Assembly (NCBI GenBank): GCA_045636385.1
Contig: JAZTXK010000044.1
Location: 23,523-87,522 of the forward strand
DNA length: 64,000 nucleotides
From: Eubacteriales bacterium
GTDB lineage: Bacteria; Bacillota; Clostridia; Oscillospirales; CAG-272
Direction of reading: 5' to 3'
The translations under genes were made by a program, and so were the position numbers. The notes beneath the pieces are model-generated. The model had not been told where the DNA came from and made no database searches. It worked only from the letters and a program-made list of their open reading frames with translations. Position 1 is the stretch's first letter. The number at the start of each line of letters is the position of its first letter. Shown here in pieces: positions 44,998 to 54,393 of the stretch.

Positions 44998-45109
44998 AGA
45001 CTCGAAAAGGTATATTTTGAGGTCATTTGCCGCAAAAAATGCGTGGAAATGACTCTTTTCGCCGTATCTTGAAACTATTTTATTCCAATACAGAGAAAGG
45101 AACACAAAA

Positions 45110-46117
45110 ATGAACTCTGAAAAAGTAACCGAGATGAACACTGAAGTCTCCGCTCCCTCCTTCGACGTTAAGGAAAATCACGCAAAGGTGCAGGCTATTA
45201 TGACCGAGATCGAAAAGGTCATAGTCGGCAAGCGCTCCGAGATCGTGCTTCTTCTTACCGCGATGCTCTCGGGCTCCCACATCCTTATCGAGGACGTTCC
45301 CGGAACGGGTAAGACCACCCTCGCCGCTACCCTTGCGAAGGTAACGGGTCTTGACTTCAAGCGCGCACAGTTCACCCCCGACATTATGGCATCCGACATC
45401 ACCGGCTTCAATATCTATAACCGCCGTACCGAGGAATTCGAGTTCCGTCAGGGTCTCGTTATGTGTAACCTTCTCCTTGCCGACGAAATCAACCGAGCCT
45501 CCCCGAAGACTCAGTCCGCGCTTCTTGAGGCGATGGAAGAATCCAAGGTCACCGTTGACGGCACGACCTACGCCGTTCCCGATCCCTTCACCGTAATCGC
45601 TACCCAGAACCCCACGGGTTACGTCGGAACCTATCCGCTTCCCGAGGCACAGCTCGACCGTTTCGCGCTCAAGATCCGTATGGGTTATCCCTCTCCCGAG
45701 GAAGAGCTCAACATCCTTCTCGCGCGCCGCGGCAAGAACCCGCTCGATCAGGTCAACGCCGTCATCACCCGTGACGAGCTCCGCGAGCTCCGCGCAGGCG
45801 TTTCCACCATTACCATTGATGAGGAAATTTACCGCTACATAGTAATGCTTATCGGCGCTACCCGCCGCCACTCCGCTCTCGCACTCGGCGCATCTCCCCG
45901 TGCATCCGTTGCTCTTATGCGTCTTGCACAGGCTTACGCGTTCGTCCGCGGCAGAGATTACGTTCTCCCCGACGATATCGCGGCAGTTTTCCGTCCCGCT
46001 ATCGGACACAGACTTATGCTCCGTCAGGACGCGAAGCTCAAGGGAACCTCGCCCGACGAGATCCTCGGCGAGATCCTCCGTACCACCCCCGTTCCCTACA
46101 AGGGAAAGAGAAAATAA
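45110..46117 (+). CDS. MoxR-family AAA+ ATPase
   Basis: Walker A GTGKT in HILIEDVPGTGKTTLA, Walker B LLADEINRASPKTQSALLEAMEE, and the typical MoxR C-terminus. Confidence 0.9.
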   Translation: MNSEKVTEMNTEVSAPSFDVKENHAKVQAIMTEIEKVIVGKRSEIVLLLTAMLSGSHILIEDVPGTGKTTLAATLAKVTGLDFKRAQFTPDIMASDITGFNIYNRRTEEFEFRQGLVMCNLLLADEINRASPKTQSALLEAMEESKVTVDGTTYAVPDPFTVIATQNPTGYVGTYPLPEAQLDRFALKIRMGYPSPEEELNILLARRGKNPLDQVNAVITRDELRELRAGVSTITIDEEIYRYIVMLIGATRRHSALALGASPRASVALMRLAQAYAFVRGRDYVLPDDIAAVFRPAIGHRLMLRQDAKLKGTSPDEILGEILRTTPVPYKGKRK

Positions 46118-46138
46118 TCACCCCCACCTTTGCCCCAA

Positions 46139-47731
46139 ATGTCTAAAGTCAAGAACAAAAAGGCAAAGCAGGTTGAGAATACACACGAAAAAGACCGTTT
46201 TCCGATATCCTTCACCTTCCGATTCTGGATCTGGTGCGGAATTTGGATCGCCAGCCTGATCTTCACGCAGGCTCTCCGCGCACCCGCGTCGGCGATCGTC
46301 TTCGGATTCGTTTCGATCGCGCCCTGGGCATCTATGATCTACGCGCTTATCGCAAGAAACTCGCTGAAGATCTATATGCTCTCCGACACGACCGTTACCG
46401 AGAAAAACAAGCCCTTTTCGTATGAATTCCGACTTATCAATGAGGCTTTTCTGCCCTATCCCTTCATTGACGCCTATATCAAGCTCCCCCGCCGCAGCAG
46501 TGTCCGCACCACCGAACGCTGCGTGCGCATCGGCATGCCCCCTATGTCGAACTACACCGTTAAGGGAACGGTGCAATTCCGCTTCCGCGGAACCTACGAG
46601 ATCGGTGTGACGTCCTTCTACGTTTACGATTTCTTCCGCATCTTCCGCGTGCGCTCGCCGATCAACACCTTTACCACCGTTTACGTTCTTCCCCGTAAGC
46701 TCACCCTCGACGCAGGCGACGCGTTCTCGGTATCCGACTCCGCGCAGCGCACCGTCAAGGCTCCCTACGCATTCGACAAGCTCGAGGTCTCGGATATCCG
46801 CGACTATCAGCCCGGCGACTCGCTTAAGAGCATACATTGGAAGCTTTCCTCTAAATCCGAGGAATTCATCGTCAACGATTATAACACCGGCTCTGCCGAT
46901 ATTTCCTATATCTTCTGCGATATGTCGGCTCATTTCCCCGAGTACGCGCCCGACAAGCCCTTCGTCAATCCCTTTGAGGTAAAGGATGAGGCTGCAGAGG
47001 CGACTCCCGAGGTTGAAAAAGCCGAGGAGGCAGAAGCTCCCGCCGAGGAAGCTCCCGTTGAGGAGATCGCTGCCGAGGAAGCTCCCGCTGAGGAGACCGA
47101 GCCCAAAAAGCAGAAAAAGGAAAAGAAGAAAAAGAAGAAGAACGAAGCAGAGGCACTCAAGCCCGATATCCACGCCCTTATCAATGACGAGGCTTACGAG
47201 GATATGAACGAGTATTGCGCGGACGGCGCAGTCGAGCTCACCATCGCGGTAATTCTCCGCGAGCTCCGCGCGGGACGCGACGTTACCCTTATGTGGTACG
47301 ATACCCGCTCCGAGATCGGCGCATTCTGCTACGATATTCATTCAATGGACGATTTCGACGTGGTTTACAGACTCTTCTCGTCCGCGCCGACCGTGCCCTC
47401 GGATAAAAAGATATCCCGTCTCGCCGCAACCGCGGGCGACACTCAGGATGCGAAGGTGATGGTCGTTCTCCCCGTACTCGACGACAACATCATCGACGAC
47501 GTTGCCGAGATCCCGAGAATCACCGAGGTCATCGCTTACTCCGCAGAGGAGCGTTACCTCTATCCCGAGCTTCGTCGCGCATTCATTGATCAATGCCGCG
47601 AGCAGTTCAATGCAAGAGGCATCAAGCTGATCGACGGTAAGCTCGATGAAAAATCGATACTCTCTTCCGAAAGTGCCCTCAAGGACGGCGAGGAAGAGGT
47701 CGGCGGCAGCGTCGGACTCGGAAATATTTAA
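46139..47731 (+). CDS. DUF58 domain protein with an inserted E/A/P/K-rich low-complexity segment
   Basis: Two N-terminal TM segments. DUF58 signature DIRDYQPGDSLKSIHWKLSSKSEEFIVNDY. The insert is AEEAPVEEIAAEEAPAEETEPKKQKKEKKKKKKNE. The ATG at 46139 was chosen (the track uses a TTG at 46130). No clear SD was found. Confidence 0.75.
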   Translation: MSKVKNKKAKQVENTHEKDRFPISFTFRFWIWCGIWIASLIFTQALRAPASAIVFGFVSIAPWASMIYALIARNSLKIYMLSDTTVTEKNKPFSYEFRLINEAFLPYPFIDAYIKLPRRSSVRTTERCVRIGMPPMSNYTVKGTVQFRFRGTYEIGVTSFYVYDFFRIFRVRSPINTFTTVYVLPRKLTLDAGDAFSVSDSAQRTVKAPYAFDKLEVSDIRDYQPGDSLKSIHWKLSSKSEEFIVNDYNTGSADISYIFCDMSAHFPEYAPDKPFVNPFEVKDEAAEATPEVEKAEEAEAPAEEAPVEEIAAEEAPAEETEPKKQKKEKKKKKKNEAEALKPDIHALINDEAYEDMNEYCADGAVELTIAVILRELRAGRDVTLMWYDTRSEIGAFCYDIHSMDDFDVVYRLFSSAPTVPSDKKISRLAATAGDTQDAKVMVVLPVLDDNIIDDVAEIPRITEVIAYSAEERYLYPELRRAFIDQCREQFNARGIKLIDGKLDEKSILSSESALKDGEEEVGGSVGLGNI

Positions 47732-47743
47732 GGAGGTATTGTT

Positions 47744-50700
47744 ATGACCGAAGAAAAGAAAAAAGAACAGACCTCCGCGAAGACCGACGTTACTATCGCA
47801 GAGAAAAAAGCCGCAAAAAAGGCGGCAAAGAAACGTAAAAAGTTCGAAAAAAAGGAGCTGAAGCGCCTCAAGAAGGAGTACGAGCGTCGTGCCGCCATCT
47901 TGCCCGCCGCAAAGCGTCCGATAATCTGTCCTCCCGATTGCTCGGATTCGTCAAACAAGCACGTCATAATCGGTATGATACTGCGTGTATTCGTGCTGTT
48001 TATCGCAGTTGTAGGTTTGACAATGTTCGTCACCGAAGCCTTTGGCTTTGATATGACTCCCGAGTACCTTGCTTCGAAGGAAGTAAAGGAATACGCGGGC
48101 GTTGCCGCAGGCGCGGATTTCGGCTACGTTGCGCTGTGGTCAGCCGTCTTCGTTACACTTTTTGCGCTGATGTCACTGTGGAAATACGGAGCTCTTGTCT
48201 CCATTCCCGCGATATGCGCAATCGCAGTTGTATCAACGCTGCCCAATCCCGTACAGTACCTTTATGAAACCGCGCTGACCGTCTATAACGGCGCGCTCGG
48301 ACATATGAAATTTATGGGCTTCTACGCGATGGATCTCAAGCAGGTGTCCGTGTCGCAGACCATGGGAACGCCCACCGAGCTCGTCCGCACCGCGGTTATG
48401 CTCTTCGCGCTTATCACGGCGGCTGTATTCGTTCCCACCTTCATCAAGCGCGCGCGTATAGTCCTGCCCGCTGTATATTCTGCGGGAATTATGATCTTCC
48501 TTTTCGTATATAACCTTTCGCGTTCAAACTGGGCACTCGCTTTCATCATTATGGGCTTCTGCTCGCTTATCGTTATGTACGTTTACGATCGCGTCTTCAT
48601 CGCCGCTCCGAAGCCTGATGAGACCGATGAAACGGGCAACATTTTCGGTGAGACCGGCGCCCCCGAGCTTCCCGAGCGACTTCTGAAAAAGGCAGAGCTC
48701 AAGCAATCTGCAAAGGACAGAAAGCTCGCGAAGAAAGCCGAGCGCAAGGCTCGCAAGAATGGCAAGAGGATCACGGTCGATCAGGAGATCAGCGAATATT
48801 TCGCAGACTCCGATCAGAAGCCGAAAAAGGAAAAGGTTCACCTCACTCCCGCCGAAAAGCGAGAGGCTAAGAAGGCTAAAAAGGAAGCCAAAGAACAGAA
48901 AAAGGCAGAGCGCCGCGAGGACCGCGCCGCTTATGCCAAGGTTCGTAAGTTCCACGACAACATTCTCATCCGCCGCGCCGCTATCGGCGGCTTTGCGGGA
49001 GCCGGAATGCTCGTGCTCGCTCTGATAGTCGTTGCGCTCCCCGCGCTTGCGACCAAGGGCAGCTTCGAAACGATCCCCGCCATTGATGAAAAGCTCGAAT
49101 ACTACCGCGAATACGTCACCGCATACCTTATGGGCGACGATCCCGCGCTCGATATTCTCGCTTTTGAGGGCGATGCAAATAATTTCTCGCCCCACAACAC
49201 AATGGCAACCCCCCGCTACTACACCCACGAGATCCTTATGGACGTCGAATCGAACTACACCTCGAATATCTATCTCCGAGGTTGGATCGGAACAGACTAT
49301 GAGGACGGCTTGTGGATGACAGCAAAGCCGAACAGCGATCTGCTTGAGCGTTACCGCTCGCTCTATGCGATCAACGACGACTCAACCGAATCTATCTACT
49401 ACAACTTCTTCAAGGTAATGACCGACGACGGCTACTTTGCGCCCGACCGCGACGTTACCGAAAGCATCAAGCGTCTTGACAAGTATGGCTACACTATCGC
49501 GCAGGTCAATATGAAGCGTACCGAGGAATTTGACGATAACATCCTCTATATGCCCTCATTCCATATCCGCGCATATTCGCCGAGCGGAGTCAGCTCGACG
49601 GGTAACGCGACCAACTTCCTGCGTAAGTACGGCTCGTCCGAGGCGAGTGAGATAAGCTACGCAAACTACTTCGACGGTCTTTACACCAGCTATCGCGCCG
49701 CGCAGAACGGCACCGAGGGCTATGCTGCCGTTTCGATGATAACCAATATGCGCAGCGATTCCTTCCACTACAACCTCGCCACCCTCATAACCGAGTTCAA
49801 CCAGACACGTCTTGCGATCAACAACGGTAAAAACAAGGTTCTGGTCAATACCGAAGACGAGCGTCTCGGAACATTCTCGCTGACTCTCCACGACGGCAGC
49901 GTATTTGAATACACCGTTCTGTCGATCGCGGAGGACGGCACCAAGGTCATCAGCGTGGCACAGCCCAAGGGAACGGCGATCTACACTATCGCGCCCAACG
50001 GCGAGGTAGCGCGTGAAATGATCGACGTGCCGCTTGAGTACGACGAATACGGCGAGGTGATCGAATACTACGCGCCGAAGCTCATCAAGGCAGTTCTCTA
50101 CTTTGAGTATATGGACGCGACCGCGCAGTGGCAGTTCCGCCGTCAGGGCGAGCTTCTTGACAAGTACACTCCCTTCGTCTACGAGACCTATACGAAGAAA
50201 TCGGGCTCGAAGATCATCAGCGACCTCTATAAGCAGATCGTCAGCGAAGCTGTTGTGAAGGAGGACTATCAGGAGCCCGTTCCCGCAGATTTCTCGCTTG
50301 CGGCTGAACAGTCGGTTTATAAGTACAACAAGAATAAGGAAACCTACACTCTCACCTCGCTTGTAACCGACAGAAACGTTTACATTCAGCGTCACGAGCT
50401 CGTTATGGAGATCGTCAACTATCTCTGCAAGGATGAGAGATATAAGTACACCCTCTATCCTCAGGTCCTCGGAGAGGAAAACACGCTTGACGGCGTTGAG
50501 ACCTTCCTCACCAAGACCAAGGAAGGCTACTGTGTTCAGTTTGCATCCTCCCTCGCTCTCCTTCTCCGTGAGGCGGGCATCCCCGCGAGATACGTTGAGG
50601 GTTATATCGCGACAGGCTTCTACAACCACAGAGGTGACGACGCGGTAAGCCGTTATAAGACCTCCGTCCGCGATTCGAGCGCACACGCTTGGGTCGAGGT

Positions 50701-51442
50701 TTGGTACGACGGAATCGGCTGGGTACAGTACGAGGCAACCCCCGAGTACTACGAGGCTATGTACGTTTCCTCCCGTCCTTCCACAGGCGTCACCCGTCCC
50801 AGCGACTCGACAGAGGAGCCCGAGGAAGAGGAGCCCTACGAGGGACTCACCGAATATGAGATCCAGCAGATGCTCGAGGAGCAGAGACGCGAGGAGATCC
50901 GTCAGCTCATCATCAAGATCTCGATCATCGCGGCTTCGGTACTTGCTTTCGCCGCAATCGTTATCATATTCTTCGCAATCGTCATCAAGCGCGCTAACAA
51001 GAGAGCGGAAATTCGCGAGAAGCGTCTTGAATCTCTCTTTACCGCCGACGAGGAAACGGGATCTGTTCCCGAGCGCGAGGACGTCCGCCTTGTAGGCGAG
51101 ATGATAATGAGTATGCTCCGCGAATGCGGATTCGTTCCCGCCGACGGCGAGTTCAGCGCAGAGTTTGCAAGCCGTATCGCATCCGAATGTGAGCGCGAGC
51201 TTTGCGTCGCCGCACCCGAGGAGGGAATGAGCGAATTTGAAGCGCACCGCCATCCCATCCGCGAGGCAGAGGCTATCAGGATCTTTGAGGCGATCGCCGC
51301 CGAGGAATTCGGCAACGGCGCGCCCGTCCGCGATATGCCCTCGATGTCGAAGCTCTATTACAGACTGCGCGTGACCGTATATAAGAGAAAGGTATCTATC
51401 TACCGTCGCGCCGTGATCTATCTTTTTAAGAAAGATAACTAA
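47744..51442 (+). CDS. Large polytopic transglutaminase-like domain protein (TgpA-like)
   Basis: 1232 aa with a basic K-rich N-terminus, several TM segments and a second K/E-rich segment. The transglutaminase core is EGYCVQFASSLALLLREAGIPARYVEGY...SAHAWVEVWYDGIGWVQYEATP, followed by a C-terminal TM segment and cytoplasmic tail. RBS AAGGAGG is present. Confidence 0.8.
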   Translation: MTEEKKKEQTSAKTDVTIAEKKAAKKAAKKRKKFEKKELKRLKKEYERRAAILPAAKRPIICPPDCSDSSNKHVIIGMILRVFVLFIAVVGLTMFVTEAFGFDMTPEYLASKEVKEYAGVAAGADFGYVALWSAVFVTLFALMSLWKYGALVSIPAICAIAVVSTLPNPVQYLYETALTVYNGALGHMKFMGFYAMDLKQVSVSQTMGTPTELVRTAVMLFALITAAVFVPTFIKRARIVLPAVYSAGIMIFLFVYNLSRSNWALAFIIMGFCSLIVMYVYDRVFIAAPKPDETDETGNIFGETGAPELPERLLKKAELKQSAKDRKLAKKAERKARKNGKRITVDQEISEYFADSDQKPKKEKVHLTPAEKREAKKAKKEAKEQKKAERREDRAAYAKVRKFHDNILIRRAAIGGFAGAGMLVLALIVVALPALATKGSFETIPAIDEKLEYYREYVTAYLMGDDPALDILAFEGDANNFSPHNTMATPRYYTHEILMDVESNYTSNIYLRGWIGTDYEDGLWMTAKPNSDLLERYRSLYAINDDSTESIYYNFFKVMTDDGYFAPDRDVTESIKRLDKYGYTIAQVNMKRTEEFDDNILYMPSFHIRAYSPSGVSSTGNATNFLRKYGSSEASEISYANYFDGLYTSYRAAQNGTEGYAAVSMITNMRSDSFHYNLATLITEFNQTRLAINNGKNKVLVNTEDERLGTFSLTLHDGSVFEYTVLSIAEDGTKVISVAQPKGTAIYTIAPNGEVAREMIDVPLEYDEYGEVIEYYAPKLIKAVLYFEYMDATAQWQFRRQGELLDKYTPFVYETYTKKSGSKIISDLYKQIVSEAVVKEDYQEPVPADFSLAAEQSVYKYNKNKETYTLTSLVTDRNVYIQRHELVMEIVNYLCKDERYKYTLYPQVLGEENTLDGVETFLTKTKEGYCVQFASSLALLLREAGIPARYVEGYIATGFYNHRGDDAVSRYKTSVRDSSAHAWVEVWYDGIGWVQYEATPEYYEAMYVSSRPSTGVTRPSDSTEEPEEEEPYEGLTEYEIQQMLEEQRREEIRQLIIKISIIAASVLAFAAIVIIFFAIVIKRANKRAEIREKRLESLFTADEETGSVPEREDVRLVGEMIMSMLRECGFVPADGEFSAEFASRIASECERELCVAAPEEGMSEFEAHRHPIREAEAIRIFEAIAAEEFGNGAPVRDMPSMSKLYYRLRVTVYKRKVSIYRRAVIYLFKKDN

Positions 51443-51449
51443 ATAAAAC

Positions 51450-51478
51450 CGACAGCACCCCCTCGGGGGTGCTGTCGA
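51450..51478 (+). terminator. Intrinsic terminator after the transglutaminase gene
   Basis: Hairpin cgacagcaccccc-tcg-ggggtgctgtcg. The downstream T-run is weak. Confidence 0.6.
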
Positions 51479-51562
51479 TGCCTTTTGAGATAGATTTTGA
51501 TGCGATTTTTGAGCAAAGTCGGAATTCGTTTATAAACTTTTCGTTAAAATCTTTATAACCTA

Positions 51563-51591
51563 TTGCATTTTTGAATGAAATTTGATATAAT
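51563..51591 (+). promoter_or_regulatory. Sigma-A-type promoter for the SRP RNA
   Basis: TTGCAT, a 17-nt spacer, then TATAAT. Confidence 0.65.
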
Positions 51592-51598
51592 AGTAAGG

Positions 51599-51925
51599 TA
51601 AATTGATTATTTTACGGCGTTGGCTGTGAAATAAGGCCATACCAGCCGGGGAGTTAGCGGTGTCCTGTACCCGAAATCCGCTATAGCGGGGGTTCATTCC
51701 CCTTTTGAGGGCGGATCCGATGCGGTCTGCGACTCTTTTTCTGTGTTGAAGGGTGGGTCTTGCGCAATCGTGCGCTGTGAACCATGTCAGGTGGGGAACC
51801 AAGCAGCATTAAGCGGTTAGCTCGATGTGCCGCGAGGTCGCCTGCCCCGAGCAGAGAAAGGGACTAACGCGCAAAAGTGAAGTTCGATTTAGGGGTGTAT
51901 GGTCTTATTTTGCAGCCAATTTTTT
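51599..51925 (+). ncRNA. ffs: Signal recognition particle RNA, Bacillus-type large form (scRNA)
   Basis: The conserved domain IV motif GTCAGGTGGGGAACCAAGCAGC matches E. coli GUCAGGUCCGGAAGGAAGCAGC. A 21-bp closing helix pairs 51620-51640 with 51899-51919, and its three differences are all G-U compatible. A T-run follows. The classical position directly upstream of dnaX-ybaB-recR also fits. The exact ends are uncertain. Confidence 0.85.
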
Positions 51926-52076
51926 CTTGATCGGCATAAATTGTGCAATACTTCGTTGCTCCTCGACTCATCCCTCGACTATCGTAAAGATAGCCTTCGG
52001 GAATCGTCTGCGGTGCGCCTCGTCTTGCGCAATTTCTGCTCGATCAAAGGTTGAAAATCGGCTGCAAAATAAGAAG

Positions 52077-52213
52077 TTAAGAGTTAAGAGTGCAGAGTTA
52101 AGAGTGAAGGAAACTTTTCTCGCTGCGCTCGAAAAGTATTTTTAATAAAATGATTTCCGAACGAAGTGAGGAAATTTTCCATAACTCTGCACTCTGCATT
52201 CTGCACTCTGCAC
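52077..52213. repeat. Heptamer-array terminal-inverted-repeat element, compact full copy, between the SRP RNA and dnaX
   Basis: The left arm is GTTAAGA GTTAAGA GTGCAGA GTTAAGA GTGAAGG plus a hairpin GAAACTTTTCTCG..CGAAAAGT. The right arm is a hairpin plus the reverse complement of GTGCAGA GTGCAGA ATGCAGA GTGCAGA GTTATGG. It ends 18 nt before the dnaX ATG. Confidence 0.8.
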
Positions 52214-52231
52214 TTATGAAAGGATAAGCGT

Positions 52232-54007
52232 ATGCATCAAGCTCTATATAGAAAATGGCGACCGGTGGACTTCGATTCCGTCTGCGGTCAGGAGCATATT
52301 ACCGATATTCTCAAATACGAGACCGAGCGCGGTCTTTTTTGCCATGCCTATCTTTTCTGCGGTTCGCGCGGAACGGGTAAGACGACCTGCGCGAAGATAC
52401 TTTCGCGTGCGGTGAACTGCGAAAGTCCGCGAAACGGCAACCCTTGCGGTGAGTGCGCATCCTGCCGTGCCATCCTCGACGGTACGACGACAGACGTTCT
52501 CGAGATGGACGCGGCGTCGAACAACAAGGTCGACGATATCCGAAATATCCTCGACGAGGTCGTTTACAGCCCCTCGAACGTCAAAAAGAGAGTTTACATC
52601 ATCGACGAGGTTCACATGCTCACGACCTCGGCGTTCAATGCGCTCCTCAAAACTCTTGAAGAGCCGCCCGAGCACGTTGTTTTCATCCTGGCAACTACCG
52701 AGATGCAGAAGCTCCCCGCGACCGTTATCTCGCGCTGTCAGCGATTTGATTTCAGAAGAATCGCCACACCAGTTCTCGTTTCGAGACTTAAATATATAGC
52801 TGAAGAAGAAAATATCACCCTCACCGACGATGCCGCGCTGATGCTTGCGCGACTTGCGACGGGAGGAATGCGCGACGCGATCAGCCTTTTCGAGCTTTGC
52901 GCCGCCGCGGGACGCGAGGTTACCGCCGCAACCGTCAGCGAGACCATCGGTGTTCGCGGACGCGAGGCGATGAGCGAGACCGTCCGCGCCATTACGCAGA
53001 AGAACTGCGCCCGCCTCTTTGAGATCATCGCGGAGATAGATGCCTCGGCATCCGACCTCGGTGTTTTCTGGCAGGAGCTTATCGAGTATTACCGCGATAT
53101 GCTCGTTATGAAGACTGCTCGCGCGTCTGCGTCTAAATATCTTGACCTTACCGACAGCGAAAGCGAGCGCCTTGCCGCAGATTCGGCGGCGTTTACCCGC
53201 GAGATGCTTTCATATCATTGCCGTCTGCTTGACGACGCGTATTCCGCTATGCAGCGCCCCGGCGCATCGAGAAGAACGGTTGCAGAGCTCGCGCTCGTCC
53301 GTCTTTCGGATGAAAAGCTCGGAGCAACCCCCGAGGCACTTCTTGCGAGAATTGCGGCACTCGAGGCGAAGATCGCGATGGGAATTCCCGCCGCGCCCGC
53401 GCCCGCGCCGACACCCGCACCGACCCCCGCGCCGCAGAACGACACGCCCGCATTCGACGATTTCGGCGAGCCGCCTCCATTTGACGAATACGACATTCCC
53501 CCCGCGGACGATGATTTCGTTCCCTACGTTCCCGCGGATGCCGCGCCTGTCAGAAAGAGCGAACCGAAGAAGCCCGCTCCGAAGCCGACGCCCGCGCCCG
53601 CTCCTGCGCCCGTGAAGCGTGAAGAGCCGAAGCCGGCTCCCGCACCGACACCCGCGCCCGCGCCCGCGACAAAGTCGCGCACGCTGCGACCGATCCGTCA
53701 ATGGGCGGAGATTCTCGAAGCCTATGAATCGACCGCACCGATGATCTCGGCACTTCTTCAGACCGAAAACGCATACCTCGACGAGGAGGGCAGAATAATC
53801 ATCTGCTATTCGCAGTCGCTGACCAAGACTATGCTATCCCTGCCCGATAAATTCCGCGCGTTCTGTATGGCGGCGTCATCCGCGCTCGACAGACCGATTG
53901 AGGAAAAGAGCATCATCTTTGAGCTCGTCAAGAAGGGCGAGGCTCCGAGCGATGCAAAAATACTTGCCGACGAGCTCAATGAGCTTGCCGGAGGCAATAA
54001 CGATTAA
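52232..54007 (+). CDS. dnaX: DNA polymerase III subunit gamma/tau
   Basis: LYRKWRPVDFDSVCGQEHI, Walker A GSRGTGKTT, the zinc module CGECASC, and IIDEVHMLT. The C-terminal half includes a proline/alanine-rich linker. Confidence 0.95.
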   Translation: MHQALYRKWRPVDFDSVCGQEHITDILKYETERGLFCHAYLFCGSRGTGKTTCAKILSRAVNCESPRNGNPCGECASCRAILDGTTTDVLEMDAASNNKVDDIRNILDEVVYSPSNVKKRVYIIDEVHMLTTSAFNALLKTLEEPPEHVVFILATTEMQKLPATVISRCQRFDFRRIATPVLVSRLKYIAEEENITLTDDAALMLARLATGGMRDAISLFELCAAAGREVTAATVSETIGVRGREAMSETVRAITQKNCARLFEIIAEIDASASDLGVFWQELIEYYRDMLVMKTARASASKYLDLTDSESERLAADSAAFTREMLSYHCRLLDDAYSAMQRPGASRRTVAELALVRLSDEKLGATPEALLARIAALEAKIAMGIPAAPAPAPTPAPTPAPQNDTPAFDDFGEPPPFDEYDIPPADDDFVPYVPADAAPVRKSEPKKPAPKPTPAPAPAPVKREEPKPAPAPTPAPAPATKSRTLRPIRQWAEILEAYESTAPMISALLQTENAYLDEEGRIIICYSQSLTKTMLSLPDKFRAFCMAASSALDRPIEEKSIIFELVKKGEAPSDAKILADELNELAGGNND

Positions 54008-54040
54008 GACATATTATTTATTAAGGAAGGTAAATATACA

Positions 54041-54391
54041 ATGAAAGTCAGACTTCCCAAGGGAGTAGGGGGCGGACCCCAGAATATGGACGCTATGATG
54101 CGCCAGGTACAGAAGTTCCAGGAGGAGAGAGAGGCTCTCGCGGCTGACCTCGAATCCCGCGAATACGACGTTGCTGCAGGCGGCGGCGCGGTCAATCTCA
54201 AGATCGACGGCACCCTCCGCGTAACCGAGATCAAGATCGAGCCCGAAATCATCGATCCCGACGATCCCGAGACTCTCGAGGATATCATCGTTGCGGCTGT
54301 CAACGAGGGTATTCAGAGAGTTCAGGATGCATCCGCAGCAGAGATGTCGGCACTTGCCGCTAAATTCGGCATTCCCGACGGAGCGTTCTGA
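54041..54391 (+). CDS. ybaB: YbaB/EbfC family nucleoid-associated protein
   Basis: 116 aa, with MMRQVQKFQEE...GGGAVNLKIDGTLRVTEIKIEPEIID and a conserved position between dnaX and recR. Confidence 0.9.
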   Translation: MKVRLPKGVGGGPQNMDAMMRQVQKFQEEREALAADLESREYDVAAGGGAVNLKIDGTLRVTEIKIEPEIIDPDDPETLEDIIVAAVNEGIQRVQDASAAEMSALAAKFGIPDGAF

Positions 54392-54393
54392 TC

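Noticed and set aside
51825-52145. Track ORFs overlapping RNA genes: 51560-51802 and 51825-52145 over the SRP RNA and heptamer element, and 20880-21083 and 21101-21427 over the tRNAs.
   Set aside because: These regions are better explained by the structured RNAs and repeats. No RBS or protein motifs were found.
53380-53660. Repetitive GC-rich DNA (gcgcccgcgcccgc...) in the middle of dnaX, considered as a possible tandem repeat element.
   Set aside because: It encodes the Pro/Ala-rich linker of the tau subunit (PAPAPTPAPTPAP...PAPKPTPAPAPAP) in frame. This is a normal low-complexity feature of DnaX.
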